64,000 nucleotides of DNA from Pyrinomonadaceae bacterium (lineage in GTDB: Bacteria > Acidobacteriota > Blastocatellia > Pyrinomonadales > Pyrinomonadaceae). Location of the stretch: the NCBI GenBank assembly GCA_963817025.1, contig CAWFML010000001.1, forward strand, positions 285,332-349,331. The letters are read 5' to 3'. The notes below the pieces were generated by a model. It was not told where the DNA came from and searched no databases. It saw only the letters and a program-made list of their open reading frames with translations. Positions 30,893 through 40,761 of the stretch are shown piece after piece (the first letter of the stretch is position 1; every line of letters begins with the position of its first letter). The position numbers and the translations under genes were made by a program.

Positions 30893-33121
30893 TTACTTCG
30901 TGAGCGGCTTAGGCCCGTTCTCCGCCGCCTTGGTTCCGTTCTCCGACGGAGCTTTCATCTGATCGCGGAACAGGTTAAGCAAAAGCAGAGTTCCGAGATT
31001 GCCCGCGCCGCTGTCGCCATTGCCGCCGGAGGCCATGACATCCGGCGTGATGCGGACGTTCTTCTCGCCGATGACCCTGAGAGTTTCGACGAGGGCGACG
31101 CCCTGCGCGCCCAGCGCATCAACCTGTTCATGATAGGCCACGCCCTGAGCTTCGCCCATCAGGCGCACCTTCTCCGCTTCGGCCTTACCCGTCGAGAGAA
31201 TGTAGTGCGCTTCGCCATCCGCTTCGGCCTTGCGCTGTTCGGCGCGCTTGCCTGCAATCTCGACGCCGACGATTTCCGCCATCAGCGACTTCTGATTGTC
31301 CGCGTGCGCGCTCGTCTTCTCAAGCTGGATACGCTGCACTTCGGCTTCGCGCTGCGCGTTGTACATGTTCTGCCGCTGCTCTGCGAGAATCTTCTCGGTC
31401 TGCGTCTTCATCAGCTCTTCCGGCAGATGGATGTGGCAGATGAGCACGTTGACGACATCAACGTGGTATTTCAAGAGATGCATGCGGACGCGTGCCTCTG
31501 CGCGCTCCTGTTCCTCGTGGCGATTTTGCAGGTACGCCATCGCGCTTGATTCGGATGCCTGATTGCGGAAGATAGAGTCGATCAAAGGATGCATCACGTT
31601 CTGGACCAGCTTTTCGGTGCTGCCGATCTTGGCGACCATGAAGGGCGCGTCCTCTGGCTTGACGCGAAAGACGACGCGCACTTCCAGTTTCATCGTGAAA
31701 CCGTCTTTCGAGATGACTTCAAACGGGTCGAAGGTATTGTCCAGTTCTTCGGCAGTCCATTCGACCGTCATGTTTGTCGTCGGGATGACGATGGGCGAGA
31801 CGGCCAGCGTATTGATGTAGTAGCGACCCGGCCCCATCACCGTTTCCTGTATGCCGCGAAAACCTTCCGGCACGACGTAGGCTTCGTGCGCGCCCTGATC
31901 CAAACGCTGGTCTGCGGGATCGCTGGCGAGCAGTTCTGCTTCGAGGTCTTCGACCATCTTCTGCTCGCCCTCTAATTTGTCGAGGCGCGCGACGGCCTTG
32001 CTCACCTGCTCCTTCTCTTCGCGCTCCATACGCTCTCTGACCTTCGTCGCCATCACGCGGCGCACTTCTTCGCCGGGGTCTTTGCCGATGTTCGAGACGA
32101 TGACCGCGACCTCGCCGGGCTTGATCTCTTTCGCCGACTCAGGAATCACTTTGAAGACGAGCGGGTTGATGTAGTAAGTGCCGGGCAGCAAGATGTCTTT
32201 CTGCGGGCCGCGCTGTCCGCCGCGCGTGATGAACTCGTTACAGTCCTGAAAGTTGTCGTGGCCTTCGACCGGAGTGGCGACGTAATCGCGCGGGTCTAAG
32301 GGCGCGCCGTCGAGGGCTTCGACCAGTCCGATAGCATTCTCCGTAATCACTGTCGCGTCATAGAGCCGCACGAAAAAGAGGCCGGGCTTCGTTTCGTTGC
32401 CGCCGTCGAGCGGAACCGATTGCGTCAGGATGCGGTAAGTTCCGGGCGTCAGGATTTCGACCTGCGGGCCTTTTTGACCGCCACTGGCGATAAACTGTTC
32501 CGCGTCCTGAAAATTGCGATGGTCTTGGATGGCTTTGCCGTGCAGACGTCCGGCGTCGAGTTGCGCGCCGTCCGCAACCGTCACCACTCCAACCTTGCCC
32601 GGCGGGATGACCGTCATCTTCGAGACTGAGACGCGGAAGAGATACGGGTGAATGGGCCACAATCCCGGCGGCAGGGTTCTGAGCTGTATGCCTTTGACGC
32701 CGCCCTGCTTGATAAAAGCAATCGGGTCTTGAAAGTTGTTGTGCGCGTTCTGTGCTCTATCGGGCGCGAAGATGCGGCCCGCAGGCATCGGGTCGCCGTC
32801 AACCGCTTCGATAATGCCGATCTCATCCGGCCCGATCTCGATCAGGGGGACTTTGCGGACGACGCTCTCAAAGGGGTATTTAATCAGGTGGAGGCCCGGT
32901 TTGAGCACGTCCGCCTGTATGCCGACTTCGCCTTCGGTGGCGACGACGCGGCCCGGAGGCATCTTTGAGCCGAAGTAACGCCGCTCCTTAATCGCAATCT
33001 CCGTCGCACCGACATTGACGAAGATGCGACGCAAGACAAGGACGAGCACGATCAGCGCGATAAACGCGACGATCAGAAAAGGGACGAAAGACATGATGTC
33101 TATGTTCATTAGAAACCTCAC
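30893..33121 (-). CDS. flotillin/SPFH (band-7) family membrane protein with five tandem SPFH-like N-terminal modules
   Basis: N-terminal TM helix. Five ~60-aa repeats each have NFQD-x3-FI-x2-GG-x-G-Q/I-x3-L-x-PG-x-Y/H-x-I-x-P-x-x-F/V, followed by a flotillin-like region (FMVAKIGSTEKLVQNVMHPLIDSIFRNQ...) and a long Ala/Glu/Lys/Gln-rich coiled coil. Confidence 0.7.
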   Translation of the reverse strand: MRFLMNIDIMSFVPFLIVAFIALIVLVLVLRRIFVNVGATEIAIKERRYFGSKMPPGRVVATEGEVGIQADVLKPGLHLIKYPFESVVRKVPLIEIGPDEIGIIEAVDGDPMPAGRIFAPDRAQNAHNNFQDPIAFIKQGGVKGIQLRTLPPGLWPIHPYLFRVSVSKMTVIPPGKVGVVTVADGAQLDAGRLHGKAIQDHRNFQDAEQFIASGGQKGPQVEILTPGTYRILTQSVPLDGGNETKPGLFFVRLYDATVITENAIGLVEALDGAPLDPRDYVATPVEGHDNFQDCNEFITRGGQRGPQKDILLPGTYYINPLVFKVIPESAKEIKPGEVAVIVSNIGKDPGEEVRRVMATKVRERMEREEKEQVSKAVARLDKLEGEQKMVEDLEAELLASDPADQRLDQGAHEAYVVPEGFRGIQETVMGPGRYYINTLAVSPIVIPTTNMTVEWTAEELDNTFDPFEVISKDGFTMKLEVRVVFRVKPEDAPFMVAKIGSTEKLVQNVMHPLIDSIFRNQASESSAMAYLQNRHEEQERAEARVRMHLLKYHVDVVNVLICHIHLPEELMKTQTEKILAEQRQNMYNAQREAEVQRIQLEKTSAHADNQKSLMAEIVGVEIAGKRAEQRKAEADGEAHYILSTGKAEAEKVRLMGEAQGVAYHEQVDALGAQGVALVETLRVIGEKNVRITPDVMASGGNGDSGAGNLGTLLLLNLFRDQMKAPSENGTKAAENGPKPLTK

Positions 33122-33182
33122 TCAAGAAGTGACAAGTAGCAAGTGACGAGTGACGAGTTATAAACTTCCTGCTCGTCGCTTG

Positions 33183-33887
33183 TCACTCATCGCTCGTCAC
33201 TGTTTTATGTGCCGCGAGTTCGCGGCGGATGCGGGCAAGCTCCTGTTTCAAGAGAAAGCCCGCGCCTGAATTTCTGGCCTCAGACGGAAGAATCCAGAAC
33301 TCACTTTCGGCTAACTGGACTAATTCGGCGGCAGCCATGCCCGGCAGCTTTTCTTCACGCCAGTATCCGAGCATGGCTTCAATCGCCTGTTGATAAAGGC
33401 TTGCATCTCCGGCGAGCGCGGTCAGATGCAGCATCTGCGGGGTCGTGCGCCGGTTCGGGGACAGTTTCCATGATTCAAGGAAAGCTCCGGCCAGTTCTCC
33501 GTTGACCTGCAAGCTTTCGTTTCGCGTGATATAGGAAGCGAGCGCGAGAAGCTGTTTGTCGTTTTCCGCACGCCCGACGAGCGTGTTTAAAATCTCTTCG
33601 TATAAACTTTTGTCGCCAAATGTGTGCGCGTCCAGCAAGGCTGCTTTCTCGCCCGCAGCGGCGCGTGCGAGCAGGGCTTGTCGCTTCTCTGTACGCTCTT
33701 TTTCCAGTTGCAGGGCTTCGAGCCGCGCGTGCTCGCCGTCCGTCTCAAACAAACCTTTGAAATTCGGCGGCGGCGGTGGCAGAGCCTTGTTCGCGTCGTC
33801 GTCTGGCAGAGCGTTTTGCCGGGAACGATAAATAGCGAAAGAGATGGCAGCCAGTAGGATAAATGAAGCGATGAGAGCGGTGACCAT
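33183..33887 (-). CDS. hypothetical membrane-anchored protein (N-terminal TM, Pro-rich linker, helical domain)
   Basis: ORF upstream of the flotillin-like gene on the same strand. No motif recognised. Confidence 0.45.
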   Translation of the reverse strand: MVTALIASFILLAAISFAIYRSRQNALPDDDANKALPPPPPNFKGLFETDGEHARLEALQLEKERTEKRQALLARAAAGEKAALLDAHTFGDKSLYEEILNTLVGRAENDKQLLALASYITRNESLQVNGELAGAFLESWKLSPNRRTTPQMLHLTALAGDASLYQQAIEAMLGYWREEKLPGMAAAELVQLAESEFWILPSEARNSGAGFLLKQELARIRRELAAHKTVTSDE

Positions 33888-34097
33888 TCGTGGCCTGAAG
33901 ACGCCCTGCGCGATGGCTTTCCAAGGGGTTCCGCGCTTCTGCCGGGGCGTCCTGTTGCAGGGACATTATACGACAGTTCGGGCTGCGAAGTTTAGTTTTT
34001 CCAGAGCCACGAAAGTTAACTCGTTTTCCTTTGCGCCCCCGCGCCTGTGCGCGAGATTAAAAGCTCCCGCACAGGCGCAAAGCAGGCACGCTATGTT

Positions 34098-36476
34098 TCA
34101 TTTACGCAATGCATTGAAAAGCAGCGGGTAAGTTGCAGAGGACTGCGCGCGATACTGCGGGCGAAAGCCGAAGAGAATGACGCGCCCCTTGCCTATCATG
34201 ACTTCGACGAGCGCGGCACGCCCGCGCATCCGCTCGCCGCCCAACAGCCAGCCCGAAAGGAGCGGGTCACGCTCCGGTGGATAACGCGCGATGACCTTCA
34301 CACGCCCCGCAGCTTCCTTCTCATCGCTGATTTCAAAGACCGGAGAATTCTCAACCCACGCGATGGATTCTCGCGGCATCCCTTTGGCAAGCGGATGCGT
34401 GGTATCAAGTTCAATCCGCAGGATAGAGCCGGGCGCGTAAAACTCCGTCCGCTTCAAGCCTTCTGTAACATCGCGCACGGGCAGCTTGAATTGTTCGATG
34501 GCAAAATCCGACGCGCGGTTCAAGAAGATGAGCGTCCCGCCCTCTGAAATAAAATCGCGCAAAGCTCTGACGCCTTCCGGCCCAAGCCCGCCAGTGTATT
34601 CATCCGGCATAGAGCCTTTGCGATGGCCTTCGAGAATTGCGCGCGGCGATTGGTCTGGAATGATAATCGTATCGAATCGCGCGCGTAAGTTGCCCGTTCT
34701 GATGGCTGCGTCTTGTAAGGTCAAAAAATCGAAACAGCTACCGGCTTGCTCAAGCATCCATCTGGTCCATCCCTCGTCCATTGAAGGAACGTGAGATTTA
34801 TAGACCGCACGGCGCGGCGGCCCCGAACCTCGACACAATTCTATTCCACCTGTTCCGCCGGCAAGCTTCTCCCGGTATTTAAAGGATTTGTAGACGGGCT
34901 TGGCGTCAACATTCATCAGCAGCGGCAGAGTATGCGCTGTCACATCATAGGGCGATATTGGATGGTTTGCTGCATCCCTTAAATCCGGGTAGCGCTGCGC
35001 CTCAAGCAGAGTTTTGGCAAAACCTGCGTAAGGCTGCGCCATAGGAATCAGGGTCGAGCCTGCCGTGTAAGTAACTCCGTCAAGATTAATCTTATCTATC
35101 TCGATGGTTTCGACGCCGCCCTTCTCCAAAGTTAAAATGAGTTCGCGTGTATTATCATCATTCTCGGACTTCGGAATAATCCAAGCGTATAACTCACCAT
35201 CTTTACGCGGCCTGACAGCTTCTTTTCCAATCTCATAAAACCTTTTCAGCCAACGCTCGCGGTTCTCCGCCGCGTGCGTCATCAGCGAGAAGGCGGCGGC
35301 GGTCATGTAATTTGTGATGTCTCTCAAATGCCACTCGCCGCCCGTCCAGAGCGGTGAGAATTTGTCCGTCTCTTTCTTCGCGTCATAGCCGACCGAGCCG
35401 CGCAACTCTTCAAACTTAATCGTCACCGGCGTGGCGATGCGCGCCGATGCCGTTTCCGAGAGAATGCGTACGCCGCCGTGATAATGCGAGTAGGCGCGTG
35501 CGGGCGTCCATGCGTCGTAGGTCGTATTGGTCGTGATGCCTTTAAAATCTGCCGCGCGCAGCTCTGCGGCCATCGCGTTTCCGAGTTCGGTGTAGCCTTC
35601 GACGATTTGCTCCGGCACATTCGGCTCGACAGGCTCCATGTAGGGCGGCAGGAAGAGACGCGCGCCGTTCGCTCCCTGCTGGTGTATGTCGTGGACGATC
35701 TGCGGATGCCAGAGGTTATGAATCTTGTCTACGGTCAACCGGGTCTCGACCTGTGTGAAGGCGTACCAGTCGCGGTTGTTATCGTGGCCCGTGTATTTGT
35801 GATAAAGCTCCGGCGGTTCTGTTCCCTCGTAAGGAGTGCCGAGGGTTTTGTCGTACCAATCTTTGACGATGTCCACGCCGTCAGGATTGAGCGAAGGGAC
35901 TAGCAGCACGATTGTCTCGCTTAAAATCTTACGCACCTGCGGGTCATCCGATGAGGCGAGGCGATGCGCGATGAGCATGCTTGAAAGAGTCGAGCCGACT
36001 TCGGTTGAATGTATGCCGCAGGTGATGAGGACGACGGTTTTTCCTCCGGCGATAAGGCGTTCGGCTTTGCGGTCTGCGCCGCTTCCGAGCCTGCGCGGGT
36101 CTGCCAGTTGCTTCTGAATCTTTTTGTATTCCTGAAGTCGCGCCAGATTTTCCGGCGCGCTGATGGTTGCCAGCACAAACGGCCTGCCCATCGTTGACTG
36201 GCCCAAAGTCTCAAACTTGACGCGGTCTGAGGCCGCATCGAGCCGTGTAAAATAATCCACGATGCTGCGCCAGCTTGCGAGTTTGCGGTCATCGCCGGGA
36301 CGAAAGCCGAGCACGGTTTCAGGCGCGGGAATATTCGGCGGGCTGGTTGCGGCAGCGGCGCGCGGCGTCTGTCGCCCTCTGGAATTTCGCTGCGCTAAAG
36401 ACGGCGCGGCGCACGAAATCACGATCAGCAGCATCAAGATAAAAGAGACGGGCAGCCGTAGGCGTATATGCATCAA
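34098..36476 (-). CDS. secreted M14-family zinc carboxypeptidase-like protein (large, multi-domain)
   Basis: Signal peptide. Putative zinc-binding residues in ITCGIHSTEVGS and YTGHDNNRDWY resemble the M14 zinc ligands, followed by a long C-terminal extension. Confidence 0.7.
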   Translation of the reverse strand: MMHIRLRLPVSFILMLLIVISCAAPSLAQRNSRGRQTPRAAAATSPPNIPAPETVLGFRPGDDRKLASWRSIVDYFTRLDAASDRVKFETLGQSTMGRPFVLATISAPENLARLQEYKKIQKQLADPRRLGSGADRKAERLIAGGKTVVLITCGIHSTEVGSTLSSMLIAHRLASSDDPQVRKILSETIVLLVPSLNPDGVDIVKDWYDKTLGTPYEGTEPPELYHKYTGHDNNRDWYAFTQVETRLTVDKIHNLWHPQIVHDIHQQGANGARLFLPPYMEPVEPNVPEQIVEGYTELGNAMAAELRAADFKGITTNTTYDAWTPARAYSHYHGGVRILSETASARIATPVTIKFEELRGSVGYDAKKETDKFSPLWTGGEWHLRDITNYMTAAAFSLMTHAAENRERWLKRFYEIGKEAVRPRKDGELYAWIIPKSENDDNTRELILTLEKGGVETIEIDKINLDGVTYTAGSTLIPMAQPYAGFAKTLLEAQRYPDLRDAANHPISPYDVTAHTLPLLMNVDAKPVYKSFKYREKLAGGTGGIELCRGSGPPRRAVYKSHVPSMDEGWTRWMLEQAGSCFDFLTLQDAAIRTGNLRARFDTIIIPDQSPRAILEGHRKGSMPDEYTGGLGPEGVRALRDFISEGGTLIFLNRASDFAIEQFKLPVRDVTEGLKRTEFYAPGSILRIELDTTHPLAKGMPRESIAWVENSPVFEISDEKEAAGRVKVIARYPPERDPLLSGWLLGGERMRGRAALVEVMIGKGRVILFGFRPQYRAQSSATYPLLFNALRK

Positions 36477-36742
36477 GACTCCAATGCTTTAATGTTGGTC
36501 GAAGTTGGATAAAGATTGCTGTGCGCCGCAGAGTGTAACCTGAAAGCGCAGCGGATTTGAAGAGGCAGACTGCTTCTCTTGAGAGGCAACGTGTTTAAGC
36601 GTCACAGATTTTTTACATTTGCCTTTCTATCTTCGGGCTTTATTCTGCTTGCTCTGTTTATGCCGGGCGCGGTAAAGTAGCGCGCGAATAAGTCCCCGCA
36701 CGCTCTCCCTTTTTCGGAAAATAAAGTCGGAGGTCATTTCTG

Positions 36743-39337
36743 ATGTCAACCGAGACCGTTGATACTGTCAAGCCGGATGTCGCCAAGACTAACGAGTTCC
36801 CGGATATTGTCGGGGCCAAGCCGGAGAATCCGCTAGCCGCTGCGTTTAGTCCGTATATTCCAGCCGGAACGAACATGCGCGAGTTGACGCCGCGCGCCGT
36901 CATCGTCGGCACCTTGCTCGGCATGATTTTCGGCGCGTCATCGCTCTATCTGGTGCTGAAGGTGGGACTCACCGTCAGCGCTTCGATTCCGGTGGCCGTC
37001 ATCTCGATCACGCTCTTTCGTCTCTTCTCGACCTTCGGCGCGAAGAACGCGACCATCCTTGAGAACAACATCGTTCAGACGGCAGGCTCTGCGGGCGAAT
37101 CAATCGCGTTCGGCGTCGGCGTGACGATGCCCGCGATTATGATCTTAGGCTTTGACCTAGACCTCTCGCGCGCCCTGCTCGTCTCAATCCTCGGCGGGCT
37201 GCTCGGCATTCTGATGATGATTCCGCTCAGGCGCGCTCTGATCGTGCAGCAGCACGGGATTTTGAAATATCCGGAAGGGACTGCGTGCGCCGAAGTGCTC
37301 AAGGCCGGAGCATCAGAGGAATCCAAAGCAGCGGCTTCATCGCAAGCTAAAGCGGAGATGGCCGCTGCGGGTGAGAACAACATCGGCGCGAAGACCATTT
37401 TCACGGGCTTCGGCGTAGGCTTTCTTTACTACGTCATCAACAAGGCTCTCTACGGCTGGAAGGAAGTGCCGGAGAAAGTTTTCGGCTCGCCGCTCAAAGC
37501 AGGCTCTGTCGGCATGGAGATCAACCCTGCGCTCCTGGGCGTCGGCTACATCATCGGCCCGCGCATCGCTTCCATCATGGCGGCGGGCGGCGTGCTCGCC
37601 TATCTCGTTTTGATTCCGGCAATCAAGTTTTTCGGCGAAGGGATGACGACTGTCCTGCCGCCGGGAGACAAGCTGATTTCCGACATGGGGCCAAACGATA
37701 TACGCGGCGCATACGTGCTCTACATAGGCGCGGGCGCGGTGGCGGCGGGCGGCATCATCAGCCTCTTCCGCAGCTTGCCGACCATCTGGCACGGCCTCAA
37801 AGGCGGCATTGCGGATTTGCGCGGCGGACAAGCGCAGGCGGCCTCTGCCCCGCGCACGGATCAAGACCTTTCGATGAAGTTCGTGCTGGGCGGCATCATC
37901 GTGATGATTGCGGCCATCATGCTCTTCAAGGATTTGGGCCTCTATCTTCTAACGAGTCCGATTGTCGCCATCCTCGGCTCTTTGATGATTATCGCTTTCG
38001 GCTTTCTCTTCGTCACAGTCTCTTCGCGCCTGACGGGTGAGATTGGTTCGTCATCGAATCCGATTTCCGGCATGACGGTCGCCACGCTGCTGTTGACCTG
38101 TTTGATTTTTCTGGTCGTCGGCTGGACAGGCCCGAACTATTTCGTGACGGCCCTCTCTATCGGAGCTATCGTTTGCATCGCTGCCTCGAACGGCGGCACG
38201 ACTTCGCAGGACTTGAAGACCGGATTCCTGGTCGGCGGCACGCCGAAGTACCAGCAGATTGCGATTCTCTTCGGCGCGGGCGCGTCGGCCCTGATTCTTG
38301 GGCCAATCCTGATTAGCCTCAATAACGCCTCGACGGTTTATGTGCCGCGCGTGACATTTGAGCCGGTCAAGGAAGTTTCGCAGCCGCTGGATGCGGGTAC
38401 TGCGAGCGCGCTTCCGGCTTACACGGAAGAAGCAAAGCCTGCGGGCGCAACCGGCAGTTTCCGCACTTTGACCGTCGCCGCCGATGCGCCGCCGCCTGTC
38501 GCAGGACTCAAGACTGGCGAGTATCTGGTAGACGGTTCCGGCAAAGTCACACATAAAGTTTCGCGCAACTTCCCGCCTGACCTGCGCGCTCCCGTCGGGC
38601 AGTTGACAGAGCGGCACGGGCTGCAAGGCCCGCAGGCCGGAGCGGATAGCAAGCAATATCTTATCTGGCACAAAACGGATACGGCCAACGGCCCTCCCGG
38701 ACAATATCTGGTTGACGATACGGGCGCGCCGGTGTGGCTGGTTGACCCCGGCATCAACGGCACGCACAAGGTGCGGCCGGATGGCACGGAGGTCACGAAG
38801 TTTGACGCGCCGAAGGCGACGCTCATGTCCTATATCATCAAGGGCGTGCTCGATAGAAAGCTGCCGTGGGGACTCGTGCTCTTAGGCGTGATGATTGCCA
38901 TCGTGCTTGAGATGTCTGGGATTCCTTCGCTGGCTTTCGCGGTCGGCGTCTATCTGCCGCTCTCTTCTTCCAGCCCGATCTTTATCGGCGGTTGCGTGCG
39001 CTGGCTGGTGGACAAGCACTTGCGCAAGAAGCTGGCCCACAGAAATATGACGGAAGAAGAACTGGTCGCAGAAGGCGATAAGAGTCCGGGCGTGTTGATG
39101 GCTTCGGGTTACATCGCCGGGGGCGCGATTGCCGGAATCGTCATCGCCTTTATGGCAGGCGTTTTGACGGACACGACCAAAGGCATAGAGGAATGGTCCA
39201 AACACTCGAACCCGATGTTCGAGGGGCCGTGGGCAGATGTGCTGTCGCTGATTCCTTTTATCCTGCTGACCGCCCTGCTCTATCTGGTCGGGCGCGGGAT
39301 AGTGCTCGCAGATAAAACGCGCAGAGTCGAAAGATAA
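36743..39337 (+). CDS. OPT-family oligopeptide transporter with a large soluble insertion
   Basis: Many TM segments in the N-terminal 480 aa and C-terminal 150 aa match the OPT pattern (e.g. [42 protein letters not shown]). A ~250-aa hydrophilic insert (residues ~540-790) separates them. Confidence 0.75.
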   Translation: MSTETVDTVKPDVAKTNEFPDIVGAKPENPLAAAFSPYIPAGTNMRELTPRAVIVGTLLGMIFGASSLYLVLKVGLTVSASIPVAVISITLFRLFSTFGAKNATILENNIVQTAGSAGESIAFGVGVTMPAIMILGFDLDLSRALLVSILGGLLGILMMIPLRRALIVQQHGILKYPEGTACAEVLKAGASEESKAAASSQAKAEMAAAGENNIGAKTIFTGFGVGFLYYVINKALYGWKEVPEKVFGSPLKAGSVGMEINPALLGVGYIIGPRIASIMAAGGVLAYLVLIPAIKFFGEGMTTVLPPGDKLISDMGPNDIRGAYVLYIGAGAVAAGGIISLFRSLPTIWHGLKGGIADLRGGQAQAASAPRTDQDLSMKFVLGGIIVMIAAIMLFKDLGLYLLTSPIVAILGSLMIIAFGFLFVTVSSRLTGEIGSSSNPISGMTVATLLLTCLIFLVVGWTGPNYFVTALSIGAIVCIAASNGGTTSQDLKTGFLVGGTPKYQQIAILFGAGASALILGPILISLNNASTVYVPRVTFEPVKEVSQPLDAGTASALPAYTEEAKPAGATGSFRTLTVAADAPPPVAGLKTGEYLVDGSGKVTHKVSRNFPPDLRAPVGQLTERHGLQGPQAGADSKQYLIWHKTDTANGPPGQYLVDDTGAPVWLVDPGINGTHKVRPDGTEVTKFDAPKATLMSYIIKGVLDRKLPWGLVLLGVMIAIVLEMSGIPSLAFAVGVYLPLSSSSPIFIGGCVRWLVDKHLRKKLAHRNMTEEELVAEGDKSPGVLMASGYIAGGAIAGIVIAFMAGVLTDTTKGIEEWSKHSNPMFEGPWADVLSLIPFILLTALLYLVGRGIVLADKTRRVER

Positions 39338-39527
39338 GTGCGCGCGAAAAGCGAAGAGCGAAAGATAAGCCGGTTTTTAGAGCCGATTTATCTTTCGCTC
39401 TTCAACATTTTTCACTTGACCGGCAACGATTTTCGTTTTTCAATCCTCTATGAATGGGCGGCGCGCCAGCAAGCTAGACGGCGCGCCTTATATTTACTAT
39501 CAGTGTGAAACAAGGGAAGAACCTCAT

Positions 39528-39625
39528 GGCATCGCTTTGCGAGAAAAACTTTGCGTGCTTTGCGTTAAAGAGTCACTTGACCGCAAAGAGCGCGAAAGAG
39601 TAAGACGCAAAGAGACGCAAAGGAA
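39528..39625. repeat. palindromic repeat, GCGCAAAG family (degenerate copy)
   Basis: ctttgcgtgctttgcgttaaagag...cgcaaagagcgcgaaagagtaagacgcaaagagacgcaaagg. Confidence 0.6.
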
Positions 39626-39682
39626 ATGCTATTCCCGGTGAACGGTTTCTAATCTTGATTCGCATTATCAGAGGAAAAGCAA

Positions 39683-40483
39683 TTGATGTCTCAGCATGAA
39701 AGATTTGGCGGCGCACGTATCGCTGCTCTTTTTATTTCCGCCCTCCTGCTCGTGACGCTCTCGACTGTGGGCGTGCTCGCGCAAACGGCTTCAACGCCCG
39801 CGCGCACTCCCGGCGAAACCGTCCGCGAATTCTACAAGGCTTTACACGAAAAGAGATTCCGCGACGCTCTCAGCATCAGCATCTACAAGTCTGCCATAGA
39901 GGGCATGAGCCAGAAGGAGTTTGACGAGTTGCGCCCGGACTTCGAGGCCATGTCTCTCGGAGCCAATAAGCTTGAGGTGGCCGGAGAACAGATCAGCGGC
40001 GAGACCGCAACCGTGTTCGTCAAAGTGCCGGATGATAACGGAGAGGTGCAGACCTCAAAGGTCGAGCTGATTCGCTCAGGCGGCATCTGGATCGTCGGCA
40101 ACGGTGATGACGAGAAAGCTATCAAACAGGCCGGTAAAGACTATTTTCTGAGAATCCGCATCCAAACGCATGAAGAAGAAGTCAAAGTGATGATGGAGCG
40201 CATCATCAAAGCGCAGCTTGTCTACAGTTCGCAGAACAACGGGCTGTACGCGGAGATTCCGGTGCTCGTCAAAGCCGGACTGCTGCCGCCGGACATCGAG
40301 AGCACGGCCTCGACCGGCTATCGTTACCGCCTGACGCTTGCGAGCGACAAGAAAACTTATTTTGCACAGGCAGAGCCGGCACAGTACGGGCGCACGGGTC
40401 GCCTCTCTTTTCATCTGGATTCGACCGGAGTGTTTCAGAAAAAGGATGCCGGCGGCAAGCCGCTTACACCAGATAAGAAATAA
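39683..40483 (+). CDS. secreted hypothetical protein
   Basis: Signal peptide (ARIAALFISALLLVTLSTVGVLAQTAS). No motif recognised. Confidence 0.5.
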   Translation: MMSQHERFGGARIAALFISALLLVTLSTVGVLAQTASTPARTPGETVREFYKALHEKRFRDALSISIYKSAIEGMSQKEFDELRPDFEAMSLGANKLEVAGEQISGETATVFVKVPDDNGEVQTSKVELIRSGGIWIVGNGDDEKAIKQAGKDYFLRIRIQTHEEEVKVMMERIIKAQLVYSSQNNGLYAEIPVLVKAGLLPPDIESTASTGYRYRLTLASDKKTYFAQAEPAQYGRTGRLSFHLDSTGVFQKKDAGGKPLTPDKK

Positions 40484-40554
40484 GCGGAAGCAAGTTTTTT
40501 CAATAGCGGGTCAGTTTGAAATTCCGGTGAATATTCATCAGGACGAAAGAGATT

Positions 40555-40680
40555 CGCGCAAAGGCGCAAAAGCAAGGCAAAAGTAAAAAGGTAAAAGGCA
40601 AAAGTGAAGACGAGTTGACTGCCTTTCTTACTTTTACCTTTTACCTTTTGCCTTTTTACTTCTGTCGCGCCTTTGCGCGA
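40555..40680. repeat. composite palindromic repeat: GCGCAAAG outer arms enclosing a GGCAAAAG/GTAAAAG core
   Basis: gcgcaaaggcgcaaaagcaaggcaaaagtaaaaaggtaaaaggcaaaagtgaagacgagttgactgcctttcttacttttaccttttaccttttgcctttttacttctgtcgcgcctttgcgcg. Confidence 0.85.
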
Positions 40681-40761
40681 ACATGTTTTTTCTTCGCTGC
40701 TATTGAAACTGAAGAGCTACCGTTTTTTTAGGTTACGTTCTCATTTCGGAAAGATTCTCCC

